Source of the DNA: Candidatus Cloacimonadales bacterium
Lineage (GTDB): Bacteria; Cloacimonadota; Cloacimonadia; Cloacimonadales; JAFGVF01
NCBI GenBank assembly: GCA_963677815.1
Contig: OY782499.1
Location: 54,828 to 118,827 of the forward strand
Direction of reading: 5' to 3'
Length of the DNA stretch: 64,000 nucleotides
The position numbers were made by a program, and so were the translations under genes. Below the pieces are notes generated by a model, which searched no databases, was not told the origin of the DNA, and saw nothing but the letters and a program-made list of their open reading frames with translations. This document shows positions 1-8,942 of this stretch, piece by piece; position 1 is the first letter of the stretch; the number at the start of each line of letters is the position of its first letter.

Positions 1-659
1 GAGAGAGAGTAACTTGTTTTTTACAGCAACTTCCTCAAGATACTGACTTATTGGTTCTGAATGGAGATATTTTTGATCTTTGGTTCGACTGGAATAATGT
101 TATAATAGCTGGTTATTATGATTTTATTCACGAGCTTAAAAAGGTCCTTTCTAGAGGAATCAAAATTGTTATGCTAGCAGGAAATCATGATTTCTGGTTC
201 AATGGTTTCTTAGAAAGACTAGGAATTGAAATCCATTCAGATCACTATGTAGTAGAAGATAATTCCAACAAAATTTATTTCACTCATGGTGACAAATATA
301 CAAGCAATGATTTCAGATACTTCTTATTCAGAAACTTATTAAGAAATGGCATTACTAAGTTCATTTTTAATCTAATTCATCCAGAAGTATCCTTAAATAT
401 TGGTAAGAAGCTTTCTCGATCTAGTCGTGATAGACAAGACTCGCCTGAAATCACAAAGAGAAAGAATCAAGGTCTCATTGATTTTGCAGAAAGAAAAATC
501 AAAGAAGGCTACTATAATGTTATAATGGGGCATGCTCATAACCCCCAGAAGATACAACTAGAACAAGGTTATTATCTAAACAGTGGAGACTGGATAGTTC
601 ATAATTCTTACATAGAAATATCAGATGGACAAGCCCATCTAAAATACTTTAATAATTAA
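1..659 (+). CDS. lpxH: UDP-2,3-diacylglucosamine diphosphatase-like metallophosphoesterase (LpxH family); 5' end lies outside the window
   Basis: Reading frame is open back to position 3. Calcineurin-type motifs are present: GDIFDLW, GNHDFW, THGD, GHAH. Confidence 0.7.
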   Translation, partial: ERVTCFLQQLPQDTDLLVLNGDIFDLWFDWNNVIIAGYYDFIHELKKVLSRGIKIVMLAGNHDFWFNGFLERLGIEIHSDHYVVEDNSNKIYFTHGDKYTSNDFRYFLFRNLLRNGITKFIFNLIHPEVSLNIGKKLSRSSRDRQDSPEITKRKNQGLIDFAERKIKEGYYNVIMGHAHNPQKIQLEQGYYLNSGDWIVHNSYIEISDGQAHLKYFNN

Positions 660-674
660 ATATCGGAGGATAAA

Positions 675-1469
675 ATGAAATTTTACAAAGGCCTAATAAT
701 TAGCTTGATAATACTCAGTTTAAGTTTATCACTCAGTGCTAAAGGTATCAAAGCTATTATTCAAACCAATTTAGGAAACATTGAAGTTGAATTAACTAAA
801 GATTTAACTCCAAAAACTGTAGATAATTTTGTTAAACTAGCTAATGAAGGATTCTATGAAGGAATATATTTTCATAGAGTTATTCCTGATTTTATGATTC
901 AAGGTGGTTGTCCGAAAACACTTAATGATAATCGTGGAGATGATGGTACAGGAAATCCTGGTTACCAATTTGAAGATGAAACTTATTCCACTAAAGATGC
1001 TAAAAAACTCACTGGTAAAATAGCTAGTGAACAAGAAGCAATTAGAGTATATCAAGAAATTTTAGCTCCTTATATGCAAAGGAATGGAGATAGTGCTGAT
1101 AAAGAAATCTCTACACTCATGAAAAATGTAGCAGAACAACAATCAGGGGCTCCTATTATGGCCAAAACTTACGAGTATTTTTATGATAAAACTGGTGCTA
1201 AACCACTTACATCAAAAGGCCAATTAATTGCAAGTGTTGACTATGGAACTCTTTGTATGGCTAATTCTGGACCAAACACTAACGGTTCTCAATTCTTCAT
1301 TGTTACTAAAAAGGGTGGAGCATCTTGGCTTGATGGCAAACACACTGTCTTTGGCAAAGTTACTAAAGGAATGGATATTGTTCATACTATAGAACAGCTT
1401 CCTAGAGATAAAAGAGATAATCCACTTGCTGAAAATCAAGCTATTATAGAAAAGGTTATAATTAAATAA
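675..1469 (+). CDS. Secreted cyclophilin-type peptidyl-prolyl cis-trans isomerase with an ~85-aa insertion
   Basis: Signal peptide present. Motifs FHRVIPDFMIQGG, MANSGPNTNGSQFFI and HTVFGKV. Confidence 0.85.
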   Translation: MKFYKGLIISLIILSLSLSLSAKGIKAIIQTNLGNIEVELTKDLTPKTVDNFVKLANEGFYEGIYFHRVIPDFMIQGGCPKTLNDNRGDDGTGNPGYQFEDETYSTKDAKKLTGKIASEQEAIRVYQEILAPYMQRNGDSADKEISTLMKNVAEQQSGAPIMAKTYEYFYDKTGAKPLTSKGQLIASVDYGTLCMANSGPNTNGSQFFIVTKKGGASWLDGKHTVFGKVTKGMDIVHTIEQLPRDKRDNPLAENQAIIEKVIIK

Positions 1470-1666
1470 TGAAAGCCCTCTATACTTTTGTTGATAATCA
1501 TGGAGCAAAAGTTCATGTTATTATCAGTAAGATTAGGAAAGTTTCACTTTCATTAGGTTCTATTGTTCTTCAGTTCGATAATGGGGATACAGAAACTTTT
1601 GATGTTGAAAATGGAAATGAAGTTTTAAAGGAAATACTAAATTCTCTTGAAGAGTTTTATAAATAA
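1469..1666 (+). CDS. Hypothetical small protein (65 aa)
   Basis: Its ATG overlaps the PPIase stop (TAATG), suggesting translational coupling. No recognisable motif. Confidence 0.45.
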   Translation: MKALYTFVDNHGAKVHVIISKIRKVSLSLGSIVLQFDNGDTETFDVENGNEVLKEILNSLEEFYK

Positions 1667-1717
1667 CTAATTTTTAGGGAGCTTAGACTAATCTAATCTA
1701 ATCTCCCTTTCTTTCTT

Positions 1718-2428
1718 ATGAATGAAAAGATAAAGAAGCAAATACTATCTCTAATTAATCTATCTGATGCTAAATGGAATCTTTTTAATCCAAAAGAAAG
1801 CTACCTTTTAGCAATTTCTGGGGGCAAAGATTCTCTCTCTCTTTTAACCCTTTTAAGTAATTTTCTTAAAAACTTCAAGTGCCTTCATATCCAGATTTCC
1901 CCTGATTCAGACCTTTCATTTATACCATTCGTAAAAAACTATTCAACAATAGACATAATTTCTAGTAATATTATGGAACAAGCAATTACTTCTAAGAAGA
2001 ATCCTTGTTTTATCTGCAGTAGAAGACGTAATCAAGCGATCTTTGAATATGCTCATAGCAAAGGAATTCAAAAAGTTATCTTTGCCCATAATCGGGAAGA
2101 TGTTACAGAAACACTCTTAATGAATATGCTCTATTCAAGAAAAATAGCCACAATGCTACCAAAACAAGACCTTTTCGGGGGTAAAATTCATGTAATAAGA
2201 CCCTTATATGAAGTTCCTGAAATCCTTTTAGCTAATTATGCAAAAGAAATACCTACCATTACAAAAGCTTGCCAATTCGATGGCCACACTAAACGTCAAT
2301 ATATCAAAGATTTAATAAAGCAAATATCACAAGACCATCCTCAAATTAAGATTGCCGATAATCTTTATAATTCTCTTTTGCATGTGGATTCGCTTCATCT
2401 TCCCAACCTGATTAATAGAAAAGAGTAA
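1718..2428 (+). CDS. PP-loop ATPase, TtcA/TilS-like tRNA thiolation family
   Basis: SGGKDS PP-loop; CFICSRRR motif typical of the TtcA family. Confidence 0.65.
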   Translation: MNEKIKKQILSLINLSDAKWNLFNPKESYLLAISGGKDSLSLLTLLSNFLKNFKCLHIQISPDSDLSFIPFVKNYSTIDIISSNIMEQAITSKKNPCFICSRRRNQAIFEYAHSKGIQKVIFAHNREDVTETLLMNMLYSRKIATMLPKQDLFGGKIHVIRPLYEVPEILLANYAKEIPTITKACQFDGHTKRQYIKDLIKQISQDHPQIKIADNLYNSLLHVDSLHLPNLINRKE

Positions 2429-2487
2429 GGGAAAGACTCTCTGTCAAAAGGTGGACTTTTAGTCTGCTGAATTCATTTTCTCTAACC

Positions 2488-2952
2488 TCAGTTCAGAATC
2501 AAATCAACAATCAACTCCAATCCCTTTCTATCATCTTCATCAAATGAATCAAGATCTTTACTATCAACATCTAAAACACCTATGACTTGTTCATTTTTTA
2601 TCAAAGGAATTACTATTTCAGATTTTGATCTCGAATCACAAGCAATATGGCCTGGGAACTTTTCAACATCACTAACAATAATACTGGATTTTTGATTAAT
2701 ACTAGCCCAACATACTCCTACATTTTCCTTAAGAACTAGACAAGCTACTGGTCCTTGATAAGTTTGAACTGTTAATTTACCTTCTTTTAAAATATAGAAG
2801 CCTGTCCAAAAGAAATAAGAAAACTTATGCTGTAAAAGAGCACAAGAAGTTGCCATTCTAGCCTGGAAATCATCAGTCTTAACAAATAATTCTTCAAGTT
2901 GTTTTGCTATTCTTTTGTATCTAGCTAATTTATCCATATATTTATTCCTCAA
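2488..2952 (-). CDS. GAF domain protein (free methionine-R-sulfoxide reductase / YebR-like)
   Basis: ~150-aa single GAF domain with the pattern GFY...QGPVAC...GVCW...HIACDSRSKSEIVIPL. Confidence 0.65.
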   Translation of the reverse strand: MRNKYMDKLARYKRIAKQLEELFVKTDDFQARMATSCALLQHKFSYFFWTGFYILKEGKLTVQTYQGPVACLVLKENVGVCWASINQKSSIIVSDVEKFPGHIACDSRSKSEIVIPLIKNEQVIGVLDVDSKDLDSFDEDDRKGLELIVDLILN

Positions 2953-4042
2953 TTTGATTATTTAAAAATAGTTTTATAAACTCATTTAGTTGTTCTCGGT
3001 TAGGAGATTTCTGTTGTCTAACATAATAACCAGAAGTACATACACCGGTTAAAAGTGCCTGAAGAGGGTCTAAGCCACTAAGTAATCCATAACAAAAACC
3101 TGCATTAAAATTATCTCCAGCTCCTGTTGAAAGTTTTGGTTTAGGAGTAAAAGGACCATCTATCCATTCTGAATACTCTTCATAAGCTGAAGCAGCTCCT
3201 TTAATGTCATGAATTACACAAGAATAAATCCCAGTTTCTTCTTGAATCATCTTAGCTCTCTTAGTCAAATCTTCTTCTTCTTTCTTTAATATTTGCGAGA
3301 TTAAAACAGATTCATTTTTATTTAAGCCTAAAATAACCTGTCCCATTTCTTGCATCTTACTGATATAAAATAAACCTTCTCTCAAATCCTGACTATCTCT
3401 TTTGGTTGGATCACTAAGATCGAAAAAGATATAAGGTCTGTGATTTAGTTCAGCTAAAAGATCAGTAAGCCCTGCAATAATGCCATTCATTCCAAAAATA
3501 AGAGTCCAATTAGTGATAGCTATTAAATGGCTATTTTTAAGGATTTCACTAAGTTTATCTTTACCTACATAGCTCATAATATTATCCCAAGTTATTTCAT
3601 TCATAGGGTCTATTTTACCTAACATTATCTTGCCATCATCAAATTCTAAAGCATGAGTATGTCCAGGTTCTGCTAGAGAAAAACATCTTCTACACTTAGT
3701 GGCGAAATCTTGAAAAAGAGGCTTAATATCCTTCTTCCCTATAGCCCCTATAAAATCAATATGATTATCTAGTTGAGCTAAACAGTTACCCATGATTGGT
3801 GCATTTCCACCCAATTTTATAAGTTTAGGAACTATTTCTATGTTCATACTTAAACCTGCATAACGAGCAACTTTACTAGCGTATTCGCTAATAGTTCTTA
3901 TTGGTCTGTATGATTTAGCTGTCAGTCTTTCTTCAACAACTGCACATATTTCATCAACAAATCCATCAAAACCTACTAATATATTGTATTTCTTATTTTT
4001 ATTGCTTTCAAGAATTTCTAAAACACTATTATGATTAATCAT
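2942..4042 (-). CDS. PfkB-family carbohydrate kinase
   Basis: C-terminal TGAGDNFNAGF anion-hole motif. Overlaps the downstream GAF gene by 11 nt. Confidence 0.7.
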   Translation of the reverse strand: MINHNSVLEILESNKNKKYNILVGFDGFVDEICAVVEERLTAKSYRPIRTISEYASKVARYAGLSMNIEIVPKLIKLGGNAPIMGNCLAQLDNHIDFIGAIGKKDIKPLFQDFATKCRRCFSLAEPGHTHALEFDDGKIMLGKIDPMNEITWDNIMSYVGKDKLSEILKNSHLIAITNWTLIFGMNGIIAGLTDLLAELNHRPYIFFDLSDPTKRDSQDLREGLFYISKMQEMGQVILGLNKNESVLISQILKKEEEDLTKRAKMIQEETGIYSCVIHDIKGAASAYEEYSEWIDGPFTPKPKLSTGAGDNFNAGFCYGLLSGLDPLQALLTGVCTSGYYVRQQKSPNREQLNEFIKLFLNNQIEE

Positions 4043-4140
4043 TTAAGGACCTCTTCTAAGTAAGATAATTAAGGAAAATAAATCACTTATCTTTGTCAAA
4101 TTAAAAAAAAAGCTTATTCTTTCATAAAAAATAAATCTTT

Positions 4141-4770
4141 ATGAGGATCAACATGTTGAAAACCTGGAAATATCTTGAATTAATCTTTCTCTTTATATGC
4201 CTGCCACTATTGATGAAATTTAACTTAATCCCCCTTCCCCGTTTAATTACTTTATTAATTGTCTTTGCTCTTGTACTCCTAGGCTCAATTAAAAGAAAAT
4301 ATCTTGATAGAAGGTGGTATAAGCTCCCAACTCTTGATAAAAGATATTGGTTAAAAATGGGAATAATCTACTTAGGGACTTTTGTCTTTCTAACTGCTTA
4401 TCTTTATTTTATATTAGGACAAGAGCCCTTCATCTTAGTAAGAGAACGTCCCCATTTAATGCTAATTATCTCTGTCTTTTATCCCTTAATTTCAGCATTT
4501 CCTCAAGAACTTATTTACCGAACTTATTATTTTGAACGATATAAAGAAATCCTAGGCCCTAAAGCTCTTATAATTACTAATATGCTTGCTTTTAGTTTCT
4601 TACATGTGATTTATAATAATCTGCCTTCTCTTATTCTCACTCTAATTTCAGGCTTTGTATTTACTCTAAATTACTATCGTAAGGGTTCTCTGATGCTAGT
4701 AACCATTGAACATTCTATATTGGGATTAATTGTCTTCTTTACAGGTATGGGACAGTTTTTCTACAAGTAA
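4141..4770 (+). CDS. CPBP (CAAX) family intramembrane metalloprotease
   Basis: Polytopic membrane protein with QELIYR (EExxxR-like), FSFLH (FxxxH) and a distal H (HSILG). Confidence 0.7.
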   Translation: MRINMLKTWKYLELIFLFICLPLLMKFNLIPLPRLITLLIVFALVLLGSIKRKYLDRRWYKLPTLDKRYWLKMGIIYLGTFVFLTAYLYFILGQEPFILVRERPHLMLIISVFYPLISAFPQELIYRTYYFERYKEILGPKALIITNMLAFSFLHVIYNNLPSLILTLISGFVFTLNYYRKGSLMLVTIEHSILGLIVFFTGMGQFFYK

Positions 4771-4793
4771 AAAAGGGCTGAACAAATCAGCCC
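4769..4793 (-). terminator. Hairpin with a T-run downstream of the Bor-like gene
   Basis: GGGCTGA/TCAGCCC stem at 4775-4793, followed on the minus strand by T6. Lies between convergent genes. Confidence 0.5.
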
Positions 4794-4818
4794 TCTAAAT
4801 ATCCAGTAATTAATCTAT

Positions 4819-5112
4819 TTATTTTTTAACTTCAACTGATCTGCAAGAAACTGTTATGTATGAAGTAAAAGCAGTGATTAAACCATCTATAAAAGTTTGT
4901 TCTGTTTTAATTTCATAGTTTTCTGCACCAGCTGCCATTTGATTTGTGTTAACTTCATTAATTGGTACTAATCCAAACAATACATACCATTGACGTGCAG
5001 TTTGGATATTATTACCTTGTGCACCTTTTCCAACTTTGTGAATATGAGTTGAACAAGCAACCATACTTAATAACATGATAACTATTAATGCTGTCATAAA
5101 TACTTTTTTCAT
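4819..5112 (-). CDS. Bor/Iss-like small lipoprotein
   Basis: Lipobox LLSMVAC; ~97 aa; layout WYVLFGLVP...TFIDGLIT...VSC resembles the Bor family. Confidence 0.5.
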   Translation of the reverse strand: MKKVFMTALIVIMLLSMVACSTHIHKVGKGAQGNNIQTARQWYVLFGLVPINEVNTNQMAAGAENYEIKTEQTFIDGLITAFTSYITVSCRSVEVKK

Positions 5113-5126
5113 AGGATCTCCTTTTT

Positions 5127-5657
5127 TTAATTTAAAACTGCGATAGAAGCTAGATAAGTTTCTATCATTTGTGATATTTCCGGATATTTACTTTCTATAA
5201 CTAAAACATTTGTATCAACATAAGTCTTATCATCAATTTCAATAACTGCCTTTAAAACAATATATTCTTCAGATCGAATAATGAATTGGTGATATATTTT
5301 ATTTTGGAAGGTAAAAGTACTTTTAGAAAGCAATTCTTTACCTGCAAATGTAGGTTCAACACTGGCTAAATAATTTTCGAAATTAGCGTCATGATATGCT
5401 TTGATAGTTATCATACCACTTAAATTTTGATTTTGAAAGAATAACATATTTTCTTTACCTTCAGCAGCCTTGTTATCCACTAACCATTCTTTTAAATGGG
5501 CAACTTTTACTTGAGGGGATACCATAAGAGTAGACTTTACCAATAGGCTATCATAAGTTATATCTACATTTTCATAACTTAACTCTTGAGGTGACTTATT
5601 ACATGAAACTACTACAATGACAAAAAACAATAAAACAATTTTATATAAATTCTTCAT
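5127..5657 (-). CDS. Hypothetical lipoprotein
   Basis: Start moved to the ATG at 5657 (MKNLYK...VVVSC lipobox), preceded by AGGAG. The longer ORF would run over the TTGACA promoter box. Confidence 0.55.
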   Translation of the reverse strand: MKNLYKIVLLFFVIVVVSCNKSPQELSYENVDITYDSLLVKSTLMVSPQVKVAHLKEWLVDNKAAEGKENMLFFQNQNLSGMITIKAYHDANFENYLASVEPTFAGKELLSKSTFTFQNKIYHQFIIRSEEYIVLKAVIEIDDKTYVDTNVLVIESKYPEISQMIETYLASIAVLN

Positions 5658-5716
5658 ACATCTCCTATAAAACATTAACAGATGCAAAAATAATAATTAA
5701 AAAAATTAATGTCAAT

Positions 5717-5751
5717 AAAAAAAGTAGAAACCCATAATTTTGAGTTTCTAC
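5717..5751 (-). terminator. Intrinsic terminator after the M6 protease gene
   Basis: GTAGAAAC/GTTTCTAC stem followed on the minus strand by T7, then a TTGACA box for the next gene. Confidence 0.7.
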
Positions 5752-5773
5752 TTGAAAGAAATTTGACTTGTTT

Positions 5774-8467
5774 CTATTTCATTAATACCATTTTACCTGT
5801 TTGAATATCGCTTCCAATCTGCAATCTTAGGAAATATACCCCTGAAGCAACGTCTTTACCAGACATATCTTTTCCTTTCCAAGTATATTTGTAGTTATCG
5901 CTCTTAAGTCTTGCATCGACTAATTCTTTAACTAGCTGACCTTTAAGGTTATATATTGAAACATTGACATCTTGGCCTTCTCCTCTCATGCTCTTCCCGA
6001 CAGTAAAGGAAATTGTAGTTTCAGGATTAAATGGATTTGGATAATTACCTTGATATGAGTTTGTTAGTTGAACAATATCACTTTCGTTTGAAACAGCTTG
6101 AATAGTAACAAATTGATTAATACTTGACCATCCAGAATCACCAAAGGAATTATGGGCTTTTACTCTCCAATAATACCTTGTAAGAGGATCTAAATCTGTA
6201 AGCTGATAACTTGCAGCTTCAATATCAGAAACTTCAATTAAATCAGTGTAGAAGTAAACATTCTTACACACTTGTAAGGTATAACTTTCTGCAGCAAAGA
6301 CATTTTGCCAGGCAAATTCAACTTCTTGATAATCAACAAAAGTTGCATTATTAACAGGTAGTTGCAAACTTACACCATCTGGAGCACTTGTAAAGTTTCC
6401 TGTTGTGAAAGAATAAATTTCAGAAGTTTCACTAGTCAATGGCCCATTAAGAGCTGTTACTCTCCAATAATAAGTAGTGAAAGCATCTAAATTATCAATT
6501 TCAACACTTGTTTCAGATATTTGGCTTTCGAATATATTACTTTCAAAAGTATCTAAGTTTGAAACTTCAAGACTATAATTAGTAGCCCCCATTACTTCTT
6601 CCCATGCTAGTTGAGGATTTGTTGCTACTTCATTAGCAGAGTTTTCTGGATAAACAAGCTGAGGTTGAACTAGACTAGAAATAACAGTCAAAGGCTCATT
6701 AATCACGTCATAAAGACCTGTTGCTACTTCTGTAACTCTTAATAAGACTTGATCAGAATTAACTTGAGGAACTTCCCATTCGTAAGAGCCACTATTTGCA
6801 TTAACTTGTGCAATCAAATTCCAGCTTTGACCATTGTCACTACTATAGTCTAAATCTATAGTTGAAACAGAATTTTTCTTTATCCAAGTTATATCATTAA
6901 CACCACCAGCAATTAAAGATTGACCGCTATTCAAACTGGTAAAATAGATGTTAGAAATATCAACTTTGAAAGTGACAACATCTTCACTAACTTGAACATC
7001 ATAAACATCTACACCGGTATAACTTCCATTAGTCCCAATTGCTTCTGGATAGGAGTTTAAACCAAAGTAATTATTATTGTTGTTGAAAGGTGCATTTCCT
7101 AAAGAGCCACCACCATTAGAGTTACCACCTGGACGGTAAATATACACTTCATCTGGAGGACCGCCTGCATTACCTTCACCAGCATAAGCGTTATTAATCT
7201 TATATGCTAATAAACCTTGGCTTGGAAGTGCAGATTCAAATAAAGGATCTATTCTTCTATACTCAAAATAGATGTCCTCTGCATAGTTCCAAGATTGAAT
7301 TTTGAAGACTTGATTTTCATTAGAAGATACAGGAGCAAGGGTATAAGTTCCACTCTCTTCTATCTTAGGTATTTCTGAAATCCAGTTTGTATAGTAATAC
7401 TTCATATAGGAATTCATGTGTTGAGGAGGATTAGTATTACCTGCCATTAAATCCCACATACCTACTGGGTCACCATCTGTTTCATAGCGGTATAGATCAG
7501 GTGCCCCTAAAGAATGATAAAGTTCATGACACATAACACTATTACCACTTGAGTTTAAATGAGTTTCTAATTGGAAGTTGAAGTCCCAAACTTGTTTGCC
7601 ATGGATATAAGCATCAGCATAATATAAAGTCCAACGGTGTGGCCAAAGTAATGACGCCCAGTTATTAGGACTACCTTTAATGATATAAATAACATTATCA
7701 ACATAGCCATCGTTATCACCATCAATAGGTAAGTCTTCAGGTATCATTGATTCTACATATTCTGCAGCATTTGCCAAGAGGGTATGTTCTCTATAACCCC
7801 TTTCTTCACCATGGTCACCACCTTGATAACCAATTGGATTTGCTAGGGAATAAGCTTCATAATAACCTCTTGGATGTGGGTCTTCATAAGCAACTATAGT
7901 ATTCTGAGGGGAAACTGGAGGGAAGAATTCACCAGTAACTGCTAATTGACCGTAAGAAACTTCTTGATAATAGTTATAAGTTGAATTAGCATCCAACGAA
8001 GGGTCGTTTAACATATCATCATAAAAAGATATATTGGTTGCAAAATCACTTTCACCTTGGAATTTGATGAAAATCACGAGATTTACTAGCTGACCAGTAG
8101 TTGGAGTTCTCTCTTCAGCTCTTGGATGATTAGCATAAAAAGCTTCTTTCTTAGTCTTCCATTCTGCTGGACTAATGTCTATATTAGCTTCAATCCCTTT
8201 ACTAGCAGGATTATCTTTACCTGCTAACAACTCGCTTGCCACAATCTCATTCCCTGATTTTTGAGCATATACATAATAGCCTTGGTCATTTCTAGTAATT
8301 GTATAGCCTTGATTATCGTGGAAACGGAAATGAAATTCATCTCCACTTGCAAAAATCTTAAGAATTTCACCACTAGGTTGTTCTACTTCAATCGGCACAT
8401 CTTTTACAAAAGCACCAAATAGTACTAGAGGTAAAAGCAGTAATATCAAAATCGTAAGTCGTCTCAT
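5774..8467 (-). CDS. Secreted M6-like (immune inhibitor A-type) zinc metalloprotease with FN3-like repeats and a T9SS C-terminal sorting domain
   Basis: Signal peptide; HELYHSLGAPDLY zinc motif; two repeated ~90-aa modules; tail YPNPFNPETTISF...SGVYFLRLQ...MVLMK. Confidence 0.8.
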   Translation of the reverse strand: MRRLTILILLLLPLVLFGAFVKDVPIEVEQPSGEILKIFASGDEFHFRFHDNQGYTITRNDQGYYVYAQKSGNEIVASELLAGKDNPASKGIEANIDISPAEWKTKKEAFYANHPRAEERTPTTGQLVNLVIFIKFQGESDFATNISFYDDMLNDPSLDANSTYNYYQEVSYGQLAVTGEFFPPVSPQNTIVAYEDPHPRGYYEAYSLANPIGYQGGDHGEERGYREHTLLANAAEYVESMIPEDLPIDGDNDGYVDNVIYIIKGSPNNWASLLWPHRWTLYYADAYIHGKQVWDFNFQLETHLNSSGNSVMCHELYHSLGAPDLYRYETDGDPVGMWDLMAGNTNPPQHMNSYMKYYYTNWISEIPKIEESGTYTLAPVSSNENQVFKIQSWNYAEDIYFEYRRIDPLFESALPSQGLLAYKINNAYAGEGNAGGPPDEVYIYRPGGNSNGGGSLGNAPFNNNNNYFGLNSYPEAIGTNGSYTGVDVYDVQVSEDVVTFKVDISNIYFTSLNSGQSLIAGGVNDITWIKKNSVSTIDLDYSSDNGQSWNLIAQVNANSGSYEWEVPQVNSDQVLLRVTEVATGLYDVINEPLTVISSLVQPQLVYPENSANEVATNPQLAWEEVMGATNYSLEVSNLDTFESNIFESQISETSVEIDNLDAFTTYYWRVTALNGPLTSETSEIYSFTTGNFTSAPDGVSLQLPVNNATFVDYQEVEFAWQNVFAAESYTLQVCKNVYFYTDLIEVSDIEAASYQLTDLDPLTRYYWRVKAHNSFGDSGWSSINQFVTIQAVSNESDIVQLTNSYQGNYPNPFNPETTISFTVGKSMRGEGQDVNVSIYNLKGQLVKELVDARLKSDNYKYTWKGKDMSGKDVASGVYFLRLQIGSDIQTGKMVLMK

Positions 8468-8766
8468 ATATCCTCTTTTCTTAATTAGTTTTTCCTTTAG
8501 TTATAGAATAATGCAGATTTATTTTCATGTCAAATTAAATTACTCAATAACAGATTATATTCTATAAAAAGCAATATATTGAGTTTAATCTGCATAAGAC
8601 TTTTTTATAGTTCTCTTCAATGTAGAGTGAGAACTAAATATAAATAAATGATATTCCTAATCCCCTTTCAGCTCCTTGGAGCGCTTGAGAGGGGTGGTCG
8701 TCTAGACCGGGGAGAGTATTCAGTTCCTAAGAGCCTTAGAGAGGGCTGTAATGATACGTCATTTGC

Positions 8767-8830
8767 TTGCTTGATTGTTACTGTCCCAACAAATCATTGG
8801 AATTTCATTGAGAGATTAACAATCAAGCAA
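8767..8830 (+). repeat. Conserved ~60-nt hairpin, copy 1 of 3
   Basis: TTGCTTGATTGTTA ... TAACAATCAAGCAA arms. The loop is shared with the copies at 43150 and 27713. Confidence 0.6.
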
Positions 8831-8942
8831 TAATCCATAGAAAAAATGAAATGAGGAATTAGGGCTTAATTATATGAAATATTTATTGCATATTTGAACA
8901 AAACCATCATAATATAATAAATATATATTTAAGGAGTAAATT

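Noticed and set aside
8641-8766. Possible known housekeeping ncRNA (RNase P RNA, SRP RNA, tmRNA or 6S) in the large structured intergenic gaps at 8468-8942, 16743-17537, 27292-27967 and 43081-43149.
   Set aside because: None of the diagnostic conserved cores (for example the RNase P GAGGAAAGUCC or the SRP GGAAG...CAGG domain IV) could be found by eye. The structures are explained by mosaic repeats shared between gaps. A covariance-model scan is still advisable.
8648-8833. 61-aa ORF in the supplied track.
   Set aside because: It runs straight through stacked hairpins and the conserved 60-nt hairpin repeat. It has no RBS and an odd composition. It is treated as non-coding repeat DNA.
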